From NCBI GenBank assembly GCA_045631825.1, contig JAZQVQ010000121.1, positions 1,129 through 65,128 of the forward strand: 64,000 bases of DNA. Direction: 5' to 3'. The translations under genes and the position numbers were made by a program. The notes beneath the pieces were generated by a model, which had not been told where the DNA came from, ran no database searches, and saw only the letters and a program-made list of their open reading frames with translations. This DNA is from Eubacteriales bacterium. GTDB taxonomy: Bacteria; Bacillota; Clostridia; Oscillospirales; CAG-382. Positions 27,712 through 37,886 of the stretch are shown here, piece by piece; position 1 is the stretch's first letter, and each line of letters begins with the position of its first letter.

Positions 27712-27740
27712 TTGATAGCAAGATTTTTTCATTTTGTCAA
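27712..27740 (-). promoter_or_regulatory. sigma70-type internal promoter (minus strand)
   Basis: Minus-strand TTGACA (27740-27735), 17-nt spacer, TATCAA (27717-27712). Confidence 0.45.
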
Positions 27741-27770
27741 GAAAAAAGAAGGGCAAAAATTTGCCCTTCT
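27741..27770 (-). terminator. intrinsic terminator after the major tail gene
   Basis: Minus-strand AGAAGGGCAA / TTGCCCTTCT stem followed by TTTTTTC. Confidence 0.7.
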
Positions 27771-27790
27771 CAACCAAAGTAAAGTTTAGT

Positions 27791-28603
27791 TTAACGTTTG
27801 TAGACAATAACGTTGGCGGAATAATCCTTAAATTCTTCGTACATAGCATCTTCTGCTGTTAAATCGTACGGTGTGAATTCAAACGGAATGTTCCCGTAGT
27901 TGTCTGTGTTGAAGGCCAAAGAAATACCAGATGTAATCTTAGCTTTCGGTAAAATAATCGTAACAGGTTCGTTGCCGTTCGGTAAAATACCAACGATTTT
28001 GACACCCAAGTAAGGTTGCGGTTCTTCTGAACCAACCGGAATTACAGAAACTGTATAGACCGAATCGCCTTTTGCAAAACTCCAACCAGCGGGGATTGGG
28101 TTCTTCAATGTCAAAGACAAAGAACCGTCTGTATAAGAAGCAGATGCGACTTTAACCAGATATACTTTGTCGTATTTCTTGGAACCAGTTGCTTGAAGTT
28201 CAATCGTTGTACCTTCTGCAAATTGAGAAGAAACATCTGTATCTGCTTCAAGTGTCAAAGTTGTCGCCGATTCTCCACCTGTCAGGTCGGCTGCCAATTT
28301 ATAAACAGAACCCGTTGTGTAGTTTGCGCCATCTAATTGAGTAGCGTAAGCCAAGTTAGCGGCTGTGTATTCATAAACTTCGGCCGTAACCGTGGAAGTC
28401 ACGCCAGTAACTTGTGAATCAACGGTTTTGTTACGAATACCTTGAGTTAAAGAAACTTCATTCGTTTCAGATGTCAAAGACACGGCTTTAACCAACCCGA
28501 TAGAATGTTGTTCCGGTGTTAAATTTAAAACATCTTCCATAGGTCCAACCATAACGGTGGCCGTTCCGATGTTAAATTGATTTGTAATTGCATTTCCTGC
28601 CAT
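27791..28603 (-). CDS. major tail protein
   Basis: 270 aa. It sits upstream of the G/T chaperones and is followed by its own terminator. Thr/Val-rich beta-type composition. Confidence 0.7.
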   Translation of the reverse strand: MAGNAITNQFNIGTATVMVGPMEDVLNLTPEQHSIGLVKAVSLTSETNEVSLTQGIRNKTVDSQVTGVTSTVTAEVYEYTAANLAYATQLDGANYTTGSVYKLAADLTGGESATTLTLEADTDVSSQFAEGTTIELQATGSKKYDKVYLVKVASASYTDGSLSLTLKNPIPAGWSFAKGDSVYTVSVIPVGSEEPQPYLGVKIVGILPNGNEPVTIILPKAKITSGISLAFNTDNYGNIPFEFTPYDLTAEDAMYEEFKDYSANVIVYKR

Positions 28604-28692
28604 TTTAAACCTCGTATTGCTATAATTATAGAATGAGCCACTTGCTCACAAAAATAAAATACCAAATTTCCAAACGCTTTGCAAGTAAAAAA

Positions 28693-29187
28693 TCACAAAA
28701 CAGTTGAGGTTGATAAAGTTGTGACCGATACGAATTGGACAGAACGATTCTTTTCCTTCGACATAGGGATTACCTCTGTACCATCCGTTGTAATCAATTT
28801 ACCGATTTCGTTGCCTTCGGAATCCACAGCAAGTATGGATTTACCGGGGTAAAACCTAAAATATAAATAACTTATAATTTTGGATAAACGGTGGTTGTTT
28901 TCATCGTTATATGTGCTCGCACCAACAAAAAAACCAAATCCGATTTTTTTCTCATCGATGAAAGAATTGAAACCTTCCAACATAATACAATCACATTCCG
29001 GTAAATCGTAAATATTTGAGTGATTGTCCAAGTTCACGATTCGTAACGAATCGTCGCAAATCCCCAGTTCTTTGATTTCACGAACACATTGTTGAAACGC
29101 CATAAAGACAGATTGCCAGTTGTTGTTGTAAATTTCAATTTGATTTAAATCCAACGGTTGGTCAAAAACATCAAGTGTAGACGACAT
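28693..29187 (-). CDS. neck/tail-completion module protein (positional)
   Basis: 164-aa ORF immediately upstream of the major tail gene. Confidence 0.4.
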   Translation of the reverse strand: MSSTLDVFDQPLDLNQIEIYNNNWQSVFMAFQQCVREIKELGICDDSLRIVNLDNHSNIYDLPECDCIMLEGFNSFIDEKKIGFGFFVGASTYNDENNHRLSKIISYLYFRFYPGKSILAVDSEGNEIGKLITTDGTEVIPMSKEKNRSVQFVSVTTLSTSTVL

Positions 29188-29905
29188 TGTATCCTCTCTT
29201 TTTTAATTCTTGGTTAATTCTTCTCGGAATCCTCTGCCGGACAAAGTATTCCATAACAGGACGGAATATAGGACGAGCCTCCTCGTTCGACATTCCGGTA
29301 TAATGATTCGGGGAGTTAACTTTTCTGTCTTGTACTTCTTCCCCGAACATACTGTCATCCCCTGCCTCCAATGAAAACATCCCATCGGAAAGACCGGGTG
29401 TTAAAAATAAACGATACTTTGCGTGGACGGCTCTGTCAGATGTGGTTTTTACATACTTTGATGTGGATTGCGCCACATAGTTAAAAACGTTCTCTTGCTT
29501 CAAAAACGATTTTAAAGGGATTCCACCGAATTTTCTTTTCTCACCAGACACCCACTTTACGTTTCTGAAAGACGAGCCCCTTAACTTCGCTTTTCTAAGG
29601 CGAGTCTTATAACGTAAGGGTCGCCAAAACACACTCTTAAAAGCATCGATTCGCATACCGGTTTCTGGGTCGTGTGTTGGTTTTTGTTGCGAACCCATTA
29701 AAGCGGACACAACTTTAAAATACCGTTCGGTTTCCATATCGGCAACCTCCGCCGACATCTTTGCGATATTGTAAGCGCCCTGTTCACACACCCTGTGGAT
29801 GTGTTGGTCAACCAACGCCCTCAAATCAAATAAAGGCTCGTTGCTTGTTAATTTCCCCGGTGGGTTATTGCTTGGTGGTTTTTTGTAATTACGATTGCTT
29901 GACAT
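29171..29905 (-). CDS. neck module protein (positional)
   Basis: 244-aa ORF in the capsid-to-tail interval. Confidence 0.4.
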   Translation of the reverse strand: MSSNRNYKKPPSNNPPGKLTSNEPLFDLRALVDQHIHRVCEQGAYNIAKMSAEVADMETERYFKVVSALMGSQQKPTHDPETGMRIDAFKSVFWRPLRYKTRLRKAKLRGSSFRNVKWVSGEKRKFGGIPLKSFLKQENVFNYVAQSTSKYVKTTSDRAVHAKYRLFLTPGLSDGMFSLEAGDDSMFGEEVQDRKVNSPNHYTGMSNEEARPIFRPVMEYFVRQRIPRRINQELKKRGYNVVYT

Positions 29906-30428
29906 CGGCTATTGTAACCCCCAAAAACTTATCCACTTTTGTGACAACATATTTATCATCAATCACATCGTTTAATTGTAACGGTTTGTTCGTGATAATT
30001 TTATATTTTGGGAATGGGATGTTCAAAGTACTCGTATTGATACCCTGTTCTTCCAAGGAACAATACAACATCCCTAAATCTTCGAAACCTTTGCTTTCTT
30101 CCAAACCGGTTATTTTGTTGACGATACGAGCCGGTCGTTTCCAAGAAAGATGTGCGTTCGTAGGTTTGACGGTAAAACACCGTTGTGTTCTACCCAAACT
30201 TTCTTCATCTGCGTTATCCAGACAAATCATAGCACGGTTAAATTTGGAAAAAAACACGTCCCCAGTATTGAGGTTGGTTTCGGGTGCGGTGAAAAGAACC
30301 AAACCGGTTATGGTGTAATCGGTATAACGGGCCGTCAGTGATGGACGACCCAAAAGACCTTTAAACTTACCACCATTCTCTTTCGTGTAAGTCTGATAAA
30401 ACCTTCTCCCCACCTTCCTAATATCCAT
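29889..30428 (-). CDS. neck module protein (positional)
   Basis: 179-aa ORF in the capsid-to-tail interval. Confidence 0.4.
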   Translation of the reverse strand: MDIRKVGRRFYQTYTKENGGKFKGLLGRPSLTARYTDYTITGLVLFTAPETNLNTGDVFFSKFNRAMICLDNADEESLGRTQRCFTVKPTNAHLSWKRPARIVNKITGLEESKGFEDLGMLYCSLEEQGINTSTLNIPFPKYKIITNKPLQLNDVIDDKYVVTKVDKFLGVTIADVKQS

Positions 30429-30429
30429 A

Positions 30430-31164
30430 CTAACCTCCTGTGAAAGGGTCTGTCAATGCGGGTAAAACGAATGCGGCGACATTGTAATCCATATTCTCAC
30501 CGGAAATTTCGGCTTTCAGTTCGCTCAATTCGTCCGTCATATTTTTGAATAAAATATCCAAATCCTCGGCAGACAAATCGTATCTAGTCTGGGTTACAAC
30601 GTTATCCGTTTCTGTTTTAGGTACACCCAACATAATGGCCGCACGCAAGGAAATGGCCGTTTTTAACAAAATTGCACGATTCGCACGAACGCTTTTAACG
30701 TCCCCTGCACGTAACCATTCCTCGAAAACAGGACCCAATTCTTCAACCAGTAAGAGATAATTGCCGAAAATGTCCATACTTTCAGAGGAAACGTTCTGTT
30801 CGGTGATACCCAAGACAGCGTAAACATCCGATTCGTTTACCGTATACGGCGCAAATTTTATCACATTATACGATTTTCTGATTACGTTTTCCTTCCCATT
30901 CAGGGTGTACGTAACCAAAATAAAACGAGCATCTGATTTTTTACCGTTCGGAATAATGTTGGCTTCGGGTGGAGTAGCAATCTCCAACTCAGAAACCTCA
31001 CCTCGAATAGGGTAAGTTTCATCGTTGATTCCAGCTACGATGTCCCCATTAGCATCCATAATCGTATAGGAAACTTTATCCTTTTCCCCCAATGAAAAAT
31101 ACTCGCCACCCTTCATCAAAGGGACGTTAATTATTCCAGATTTGTTTTCAAATACCACATCCAT
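30430..31164 (-). CDS. neck/head-completion module protein (positional)
   Basis: 244-aa ORF in the capsid-to-tail interval. Confidence 0.4.
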   Translation of the reverse strand: MDVVFENKSGIINVPLMKGGEYFSLGEKDKVSYTIMDANGDIVAGINDETYPIRGEVSELEIATPPEANIIPNGKKSDARFILVTYTLNGKENVIRKSYNVIKFAPYTVNESDVYAVLGITEQNVSSESMDIFGNYLLLVEELGPVFEEWLRAGDVKSVRANRAILLKTAISLRAAIMLGVPKTETDNVVTQTRYDLSAEDLDILFKNMTDELSELKAEISGENMDYNVAAFVLPALTDPFTGG

Positions 31165-31179
31165 TAGGGAACCTCCGAA

Positions 31180-31596
31180 TTAACGGTTTTTATATTTCTT
31201 TACTTTCTTTTGCGGGAAAACCACTTGTTCCGGTTCTGGTTGTACTTCCGGTTCTGGTTGTACTTCCGGTTGTGGTTGTACTTCCGGTTCTGGTTGCACT
31301 TCCGGTTCGGGTTGCACTTCCGGTTCGGGTTCTTTTTGCGCCGAACCCTTATCAAAAGAATATTTTTTAAGAAATTCAACAACCCCGTTATCACCTTTAT
31401 CAAAAAGATAAGTCTTAAAAATGTCATCGGTAGCCTCATCCTTCAAAGTACTTTTGATTTCAATCAATTTACGGGAATCCCATTCACGAATATCCGTTTC
31501 ATCCCCATAAACCCGAAAGCGAAATTCGTCGAGAAATTTTGTTCTATCTCGGCCAATTAAAGTGTTTCCACGTTTTGCTTTAACTAAGAATTTCAT
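31180..31596 (-). CDS. hypothetical protein with (PEPEVQ)n tandem repeat
   Basis: 138 aa. The C-terminal half is EPEPEVQPEPEVQPEPEVQPQPEVQPEPEVQPEPEQ. It is the first gene after the capsid terminator and promoter. Confidence 0.6.
   Translation of the reverse strand: MKFLVKAKRGNTLIGRDRTKFLDEFRFRVYGDETDIREWDSRKLIEIKSTLKDEATDDIFKTYLFDKGDNGVVEFLKKYSFDKGSAQKEPEPEVQPEPEVQPEPEVQPQPEVQPEPEVQPEPEQVVFPQKKVKKYKNR
31228..31331. repeat. 18-nt tandem repeat, about 5.8 copies
   Basis: The plus-strand unit TTCCGGTTCTGGTTGTAC is repeated with point variants and encodes PEPEVQ on the minus strand. Confidence 0.9.
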
Positions 31597-31627
31597 TTGT
31601 TACTCCTTTTGTAAACGTTTACAGACA

Positions 31628-31656
31628 CAGAATAGCAAGTTTTGTCGAAGATGTCA
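31628..31656 (-). promoter_or_regulatory. sigma70-type internal promoter (minus strand)
   Basis: Minus-strand TTGACA (31656-31651), 17-nt spacer, TATTCT (31633-31628). Confidence 0.45.
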
Positions 31657-31688
31657 AATAAAAAATCCCTCGCCCAAAAGGACGAGGG
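31657..31688 (-). terminator. intrinsic terminator after the major capsid gene
   Basis: Minus-strand CCCTCG / CGAGGG stem followed by ATTTTTTA. Confidence 0.65.
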
Positions 31689-31718
31689 GTGTCTTTGTTT
31701 TGGAGTATAACCAAAAAC

Positions 31719-32879
31719 TTACGCTTTCGTGTTGTATGTGTACAACCAACGAGCATCCGGGTAAACCAAGGAGTAACCTGTGTTTTCCGTTTTTGTGTAA
31801 GTGATGATTTGGTTCCGTGTTGCCCGGTCTTCTTCTTGAATACGGGAACCTGCTTCGACCAATTCTTCGATTGTGTCAGCACGGTTGAACATCAACAACT
31901 TACCAGCCGGTACAGCCGAGTTCAGAACGAAACGAATCGGTAAGAATACGTTGCGCATTTGTAAGAACATCGGGGCACCTTTTTCTGCTTTCTGGTCGGC
32001 TTCGAAAGAAGACGAAGCAGCAGATGTACCAAACAACTTGACTAATTGAATGTAAGCATCCATATCACCAGCGATTGTGTCGATAGGTGTATGGTTCTTA
32101 GCAGCAGTAGCGCAAGCGGCCAAGATACCGTCGTAAGAAATAGCACCGTCTGTTGCAGAAGCGTCTAAAGTTTTCTGAGACAATGTCGTAGCAGCACCGT
32201 TTACACCGTCACCAGAGATGATGATGTCTGTACAAGCGCCAATTTTGCTCAACTGCAGGTCACGTTCAACACGAGCAGCATACGGAGTGATGATGTCCAA
32301 AGAGGCACGGCGTTCAAATTCGTATGTGAATTCAATACCAGAACCGTGTTTGAAAATATCAACAGCACGGCTGGATGTTTTCACCCGACGAACCGGAATA
32401 CGGCCACCTTCAGCGACACGGAAAGTTTTACGAGCATCAGCATCGTCTTCCGCAATCTGACGGACCAATTCGTTACCAGTGATTGTGCGAGAAGATGTAA
32501 TCATATCTTCAACACGTTCCATCGTGTCTAAACGAGAATTCCAACGTAATACGTTATCAACTGTATACGGGAACAATACACGAGAACCCGGTTTTGTAGC
32601 AAAAGTTTCAGAGGCTTGAGCCAAGGAAACTTGGTTGCGAGAGTCGTTTTGCAACGGCAAACCTAATTTCAGGTTAACCATTTCATAACCACTCAAACCT
32701 TTGCTGTGTAATGTGGCGGCTTCTTCTTCGCTCAAATCAATAGCTTGGTTCAAGAATAAGTCCAAACGCATATTAGCGTCTTTGGCTTTCTTGGAAAGTG
32801 TTTCACCAGCCATAAGAGATTCTGTAGCAGAATCGCTCATCAACCCAGCAACGACTTCACTTAATTTAATTTTTTCCAT
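31719..32879 (-). CDS. major capsid protein
   Basis: 386 aa. It follows the protease-scaffold and decoration genes and is followed by a terminator. The call is positional, supported by size. Confidence 0.75.
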   Translation of the reverse strand: MEKIKLSEVVAGLMSDSATESLMAGETLSKKAKDANMRLDLFLNQAIDLSEEEAATLHSKGLSGYEMVNLKLGLPLQNDSRNQVSLAQASETFATKPGSRVLFPYTVDNVLRWNSRLDTMERVEDMITSSRTITGNELVRQIAEDDADARKTFRVAEGGRIPVRRVKTSSRAVDIFKHGSGIEFTYEFERRASLDIITPYAARVERDLQLSKIGACTDIIISGDGVNGAATTLSQKTLDASATDGAISYDGILAACATAAKNHTPIDTIAGDMDAYIQLVKLFGTSAASSSFEADQKAEKGAPMFLQMRNVFLPIRFVLNSAVPAGKLLMFNRADTIEELVEAGSRIQEEDRATRNQIITYTKTENTGYSLVYPDARWLYTYNTKA

Positions 32880-32893
32880 CGTACTTTTTCTCC

Positions 32894-33292
32894 TTACATT
32901 AAAACAACAACGAAGTCAGAACCAACTTCCCAGACTTTCAAACCTTTGGCTTCGTCTGAATCCGTTTTCTTACGAACTTTACCACCAGCAGCACCAACTA
33001 CTTCATCACCAACAGCGATTGTTTCACCGTCAGCAACCGGTAATTTCATACCACCAACACGTTCGATTGTAGCAACAACACCTTCACCTTGAGAGGCACC
33101 GTTTTCTACAACAAAGATACGACCTAAAATTTCAGAACCATCTGTTGCCAACTTTACTGTGTTAGCTGCAGCAGCGTCTTGGCACACGGCCAAACCTAAA
33201 ACAGCATCCGTGTCAGTAATAGTGTCGGAAATAGAAAAAGTTAAGTTGAAATCTGGAAAGGTCTGACCAATTAAAGTAACATTATAAGACAT
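32894..33292 (-). CDS. head decoration-type protein (DUF2190-like)
   Basis: 132 aa, Gly/Val-rich (VGDEVVGAAGGKVRK). It occupies the lambda D position between the protease and capsid genes. Confidence 0.55.
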   Translation of the reverse strand: MSYNVTLIGQTFPDFNLTFSISDTITDTDAVLGLAVCQDAAAANTVKLATDGSEILGRIFVVENGASQGEGVVATIERVGGMKLPVADGETIAVGDEVVGAAGGKVRKKTDSDEAKGLKVWEVGSDFVVVLM

Positions 33293-33306
33293 TTTAATAT
33301 TCCTTC

Positions 33307-34521
33307 CTATTTTTTAACTTGGAACGCTTTTAATTGTGCTTCTGTATAACCACAGAACAACTGTTCGCCGCTCTTGGTTTTAGCAGTCGCAGACACGCCG
33401 CCAGCCGGTATCAGAGATGCTAACATCTGTTGACGTTCGGCTAACAGATTTGCTATCCCATCCAAGTCTTCTGGGATAGTCAAATTGCTTTCACCTGAAG
33501 CAACCAAAACCTTCTGTACTTCATTTTTAACGAAGGTCATTGCTTCTGATAATTTCGTTTCACCTTCCGCTTTATCGGATTGTAATTGTTCGATTTCAGC
33601 GGATTTTTCAGCAATAGCCGATTCTTTTTCTTCGTTGGCTTTTGCTAATTCTTCCGTTAATTCGGCTACTTTGGCCCTAAGGGCTTCCGCTTCACCTTCT
33701 AACGCTTTAACCTTTTCGGCTAAATCTAAAGATAGTTTGAGTTTCGCATTTTCTGCTTCCAACTCAGCAATCTTTTCGTCCAACAGGACTTCGTTTGTTT
33801 TTTCAACTGTCATCTTTTTCTCCAGTTTGTTTCTAAATGTTGCAACATATAAATCCGCCACGTTGGCAGAAGCCGCTAATTTACGCAGTTCTTCTTCCGA
33901 GTAATGCGTTGAACGTTTCTCTTGAAGGATTTTTGCGTTGGTAGCAGCACCTCTATTTACAATAGAGATTTCTGAAAAGTGTTCAATCCCACTTAAATTC
34001 AAATGACAACCGTCTTCCCCTATCGTATGTCCTTCAGGGCAAGTTTGGGTTAACCAATTCATTATATCTGCATCCGGACCCATATAATCGAAATCACATT
34101 TGCTACACACAGCGTGTTTCGGTGTAAAAGAAACAGACACCTCATCTAACACATTGTTGTCAATCTTAGCAATCAAATCCTTCGTGTCGTCCGTTTTCAA
34201 AATCGCAAGATAAGCGTAAAGGGCTGTAACCCCACCTTCATCAACGACTTCGGAATAAAACACCCGACCAACGTTCAATTCAGAAGAATCGTGCATAGTT
34301 AAAACACCGATGTTTTCATCGGTATAGTTCACAAGGTCTTTCATTTCAGAAATTGAACCAGATGAAAGCACCGCACCGTCAAAAATCGTGTTCTGATGTA
34401 CCGGTTCGGTAGAAATTGCACGAACTTTGATGATGTAAAAGTTATCCACATTCACATCTTCACCGAACTTTTGTTGGAATTTTTCTACCAATTCTGTGGT
34501 CAATGTAATAGCTTTACTCAT
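33307..34521 (-). CDS. prohead protease (HK97/S78-like) fused to a coiled-coil scaffold domain
   Basis: LTMHD ... LDEVSVSF ... FSEISIVNRGAATNAKI resemble S78 motifs. The C-terminal 150 aa are heptad-rich (AELEAENAKLKL...EALRAKVAELTEELAKANEEK). Confidence 0.7.
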   Translation of the reverse strand: MSKAITLTTELVEKFQQKFGEDVNVDNFYIIKVRAISTEPVHQNTIFDGAVLSSGSISEMKDLVNYTDENIGVLTMHDSSELNVGRVFYSEVVDEGGVTALYAYLAILKTDDTKDLIAKIDNNVLDEVSVSFTPKHAVCSKCDFDYMGPDADIMNWLTQTCPEGHTIGEDGCHLNLSGIEHFSEISIVNRGAATNAKILQEKRSTHYSEEELRKLAASANVADLYVATFRNKLEKKMTVEKTNEVLLDEKIAELEAENAKLKLSLDLAEKVKALEGEAEALRAKVAELTEELAKANEEKESAIAEKSAEIEQLQSDKAEGETKLSEAMTFVKNEVQKVLVASGESNLTIPEDLDGIANLLAERQQMLASLIPAGGVSATAKTKSGEQLFCGYTEAQLKAFQVKK

Positions 34522-34591
34522 AATAATTCACCTCTTTTTCTCTACAATAACAAGTTTTTTATTTTTTTGCAAGAGTTTTTTTGCATTTTCC

Positions 34592-36061
34592 TCACACTTG
34601 GTCGATTTCGTTGGAGTTAGCGCCATTAGCACCATCCGGAATAACCGCTCTATCGATTGAGTTTTCCTTACGTATCGTCGTGTCGACACCGTCCTCTGCT
34701 TTCGCATCTAAAAAGTTTGTACCACTAAGCGGTTGCATACCTTCTGGAGGTATCGTACCATACATTTCCATACAATAAGTCTCGTCTGTTATGATACCCA
34801 AAGATAAATCTTTCATCAGACGGGTTTGTTTTTGTATCTTCTGTGATTCGAGTTCCAATTCGGGTTTTAATTCAGACGGAGTAAATTTAAAGGTAACAAA
34901 ACCATCAAATCCACCGATACGAAGTGCCAAAGTGAAAACTCGTGACAAAATGGAAGCGATTGGCTTATTTAAAGCGTCAGCACTCAAACTAAATATACGA
35001 GCCTCAACACTCGCTGTGTTCACACCCGATTCCCCACGTCCCAAAATCGTAGAAACGATTTTTAAACCCGCTTGGTTCTGCGCATTCAATGTATTTATAA
35101 TATCAGTGACCTGCAACGAAGCACCGGGGTTCTTATCATTCAGAATACCAACTTTAATGGAGTTCGTGAACGCAAACGGTAAATCAGCACGGATGTCAGA
35201 AAAACGATTGGCGATATAATTCAACTGTTGGTTAACCCAATCGTTATATTTTTTCGAATCCTCTTGAACCGCTTTCGGCGCACGTTTCTTTAAAATTTCT
35301 TCCACAACTTCCAATGTAATTCTCGGATAACCCGTAATACGCATAATCCGATATAAATCATTGATGACAACAGCACGGGCCGCAACCGTGTTGATGGCAC
35401 TTGTGAAATAAGAATAGTTGTAAATATCTGTCGGGTCTTGTTTAAAACGTTCCGTAAAGAAAGTCGGGATGTCCAAACTCAATTCCTCGACATTATCCGT
35501 CGTTTGGAAAGGTTTATATTGACCCGGTTTTGTTTCTTTGTATTGGATTGTCCCCATATCAACGTTGCGTAACTCGTAGGGTTGTAAGGCTTTATCGTAA
35601 ACCAACTCTACCCCAATCGCACCCCTCATCAATAACATATAACGCAACTCGGAAAGGAATTGCGACAAAGAGGGTTTCGATTGATATTTTAAAGTGTAAT
35701 CCGTTATTTCGAACACCTTATAGAGTAAAGACTCTAATAATTTTTGACCGTCACGGCTTACCACACCGGAGGAATCACGAACAACCCAAGTGAGTTGGGT
35801 GTCCGCCAAAGTCAAATATGCCGAAACCGCAGCACTCGTGTCCGGGTCGGAAATCATCATCTGCTTTATGAGTTCTTGGCTATCTTCGGCCAAACGTGTT
35901 TCGGCAATATCAGACAGATGTTGCTGATATTCCGGTAACGTTAAAGTTTGGGTAGTATTACTCGGGTCGTACGTGTCGGTATAACTCGTACCACCAGATT
36001 TATTCGATTTGCTCGGTAAAATAAAATCAAATAATTTTTTAAGTGTAGACGTAGCGGCCAT
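34592..36061 (-). CDS. portal protein
   Basis: 489 aa, directly downstream of the large terminase. Confidence 0.8.
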   Translation of the reverse strand: MAATSTLKKLFDFILPSKSNKSGGTSYTDTYDPSNTTQTLTLPEYQQHLSDIAETRLAEDSQELIKQMMISDPDTSAAVSAYLTLADTQLTWVVRDSSGVVSRDGQKLLESLLYKVFEITDYTLKYQSKPSLSQFLSELRYMLLMRGAIGVELVYDKALQPYELRNVDMGTIQYKETKPGQYKPFQTTDNVEELSLDIPTFFTERFKQDPTDIYNYSYFTSAINTVAARAVVINDLYRIMRITGYPRITLEVVEEILKKRAPKAVQEDSKKYNDWVNQQLNYIANRFSDIRADLPFAFTNSIKVGILNDKNPGASLQVTDIINTLNAQNQAGLKIVSTILGRGESGVNTASVEARIFSLSADALNKPIASILSRVFTLALRIGGFDGFVTFKFTPSELKPELELESQKIQKQTRLMKDLSLGIITDETYCMEMYGTIPPEGMQPLSGTNFLDAKAEDGVDTTIRKENSIDRAVIPDGANGANSNEIDQV

Positions 36062-36066
36062 TCATC

Positions 36067-37800
36067 TTACCTCTTAATAACGTGCTTGTTGTATCTCTTA
36101 TCACTACTATACTGTAAAAGATTTGAATTGTAAAGAACTTTTTTATCCAAATCCAAACCACTTAGGGCGACAACGCTTCTTTCGTCTTCTTCCCCACTGT
36201 AAATATAATCAAAAATCTTCCTAGAAACAAACCCATAAGCGAGTGAATGAAAAAAGTGGTCGTTCCCGTTCATCTTCCTCCACATCGGTTGGGCGTTCTC
36301 ACGAACATCATCACGATACATATCCCGTAAATGTTCTATGATTATGTTTTGATAATCACCGTAACCATAAAAATGAAGAGTGTGGTTATTGACTGTCTCT
36401 TTTATAATATCCAAAGCGTTGGTTCTGTTAACTCTATAATAAGTTGTATCCCCGACGGCATCCTTGACCGGTTCGATTTCCTTACCATATTTATATTCTA
36501 TCGGCCAAATTCTACCTTTCGACCAATCACGTATGGCATTTGACAAGGTTGTTTCGGGGTAACGGTCAATCCCTCCGGCCACAATATTATATTTCTCATC
36601 CAGAAGATATAAAGTTTCCATCAACTTATGACCGGGGACAACGCCAAAATAAACAACATCTGACTCATTCGTATTTATCGTAATGTGGCAGTACGCACCA
36701 ACGTCTATACCGATAAAGCACGCTTTACTCTTATCTATTTCCGGGGCGGTTCGATTTTCAAAAGCCTTCATAATATCATCTCGTTCCAAACGGCAGTTGC
36801 TATCTGAATACTCCATACCGAGAACGGTGTTCACCCCACGACGGAGGTTGTCCTTCTTCAAATAATCTGCCATTGTGGTAACCAAATACCGAATCGACAA
36901 CAAGTCGGATGAGAAGGGTCGTACCCAATAACCACGACTATGAAGTCTCTCCGGATAACGGGCGACCCATTCACGTTTGGCTTCGTCCCCGAGAGGGAGT
37001 CTTTTTCGGCATTTTTCACAGCAACAATATGCGTTATCTAAATCCAAAGATACGGCCATACTCAAATCGATGTCCGTCAAAAGGTTGGAAACAGATGAAG
37101 GTAAGTTCGGGATGTACACGTTTTTGAGGTCATACATCGGAATTTGCCAATGATTGCAGTGTGGGCACTGAACCCAATATTCACGTTGGTCCGACGATTC
37201 GTATTCGAGGCTTATACCGTATCCGGAAAAAGTCGGCGTACTGAAACCTTGTTTAATCTTAAAGGAGGAGTGCTGAATACGAGAATTAACCAACGCCAAG
37301 AATTCTTGGTCCGATAAGTCGTATTCGTCGTTAATAATCATATCAACCGGTGTGGATGTAGCGTCGGATTCGACGTTTGCGGACACGTAGAGGAAGGAAC
37401 CCCCAAGTTGCATAATATCATTGTTACGGATTTCGGTTGAATTTTTAACGAGAGGAAAATCTCGGTCGAATATGGGTTTGATACGAGTTTGCGAGTTTCT
37501 TTTCTTCATATTCCCATCTGGGAACGTATACAAAGCACTTGTTCCGGGGTGTTGCGCCAAGAAACCTATCGTCTTACGGATAGAAACCTCAGTCAGGCCG
37601 ACCTGTGATAGTTTCTTAACGCACATATTCGGGTGCATATCATTTATAATGTCTTTCTGGAAGCCGTGTCTTTTGTAGCCGAAAGGTTGTCCGGAAGGGA
37701 AACTCGTATTCTCTGTCACCCACTCGGACATCACAACCTGTCGCTGAGAAGTCTCAATTCTATCTATAAGATTTTTTAAATAAATATTGTCCATTTTCAA
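36067..37800 (-). CDS. terL: terminase large subunit (GpA-like)
   Basis: 577 aa and the first gene of the late operon. It has CPHCNHWQ ... CCEKCRK zinc-ribbon-like pairs as in the GpA family. The likely ATG at 37794 is preceded by AGGTG. Confidence 0.8.
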   Translation of the reverse strand: MKMDNIYLKNLIDRIETSQRQVVMSEWVTENTSFPSGQPFGYKRHGFQKDIINDMHPNMCVKKLSQVGLTEVSIRKTIGFLAQHPGTSALYTFPDGNMKKRNSQTRIKPIFDRDFPLVKNSTEIRNNDIMQLGGSFLYVSANVESDATSTPVDMIINDEYDLSDQEFLALVNSRIQHSSFKIKQGFSTPTFSGYGISLEYESSDQREYWVQCPHCNHWQIPMYDLKNVYIPNLPSSVSNLLTDIDLSMAVSLDLDNAYCCCEKCRKRLPLGDEAKREWVARYPERLHSRGYWVRPFSSDLLSIRYLVTTMADYLKKDNLRRGVNTVLGMEYSDSNCRLERDDIMKAFENRTAPEIDKSKACFIGIDVGAYCHITINTNESDVVYFGVVPGHKLMETLYLLDEKYNIVAGGIDRYPETTLSNAIRDWSKGRIWPIEYKYGKEIEPVKDAVGDTTYYRVNRTNALDIIKETVNNHTLHFYGYGDYQNIIIEHLRDMYRDDVRENAQPMWRKMNGNDHFFHSLAYGFVSRKIFDYIYSGEEDERSVVALSGLDLDKKVLYNSNLLQYSSDKRYNKHVIKR

Positions 37801-37856
37801 ACACCTATGATTTCACTTTATAATTTTTTTGAAAAAAATGCAAGTTTTTTCTTGAC

Positions 37857-37886
37857 AAGTGTGCAAAAGTGTGCAAAAGTGTGTAA
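37857..37886 (+). promoter_or_regulatory. three tandem 10-nt repeats AAGTGTG(C/T)AA in the divergent control region
   Basis: Copies at 37857-66, 37867-76 and 37877-86 have an exact 10-nt period and start at the last base of a TTGACA hexamer (37852-57). Confidence 0.6.

Noticed and set aside
29761-30318. 185-aa plus-strand ORF within the late operon
   Set aside because: It is antisense to two contiguous minus-strand neck-module ORFs and has no promoter or RBS.
31200-31560. Alternative-frame ORFs over the 18-nt repeat (31200..31439 -, 31210..31560 +)
   Set aside because: They are repeat-driven open frames. Only 31180..31596 is in register with the operon and has an RBS and a plausible non-repeat N-terminal domain.
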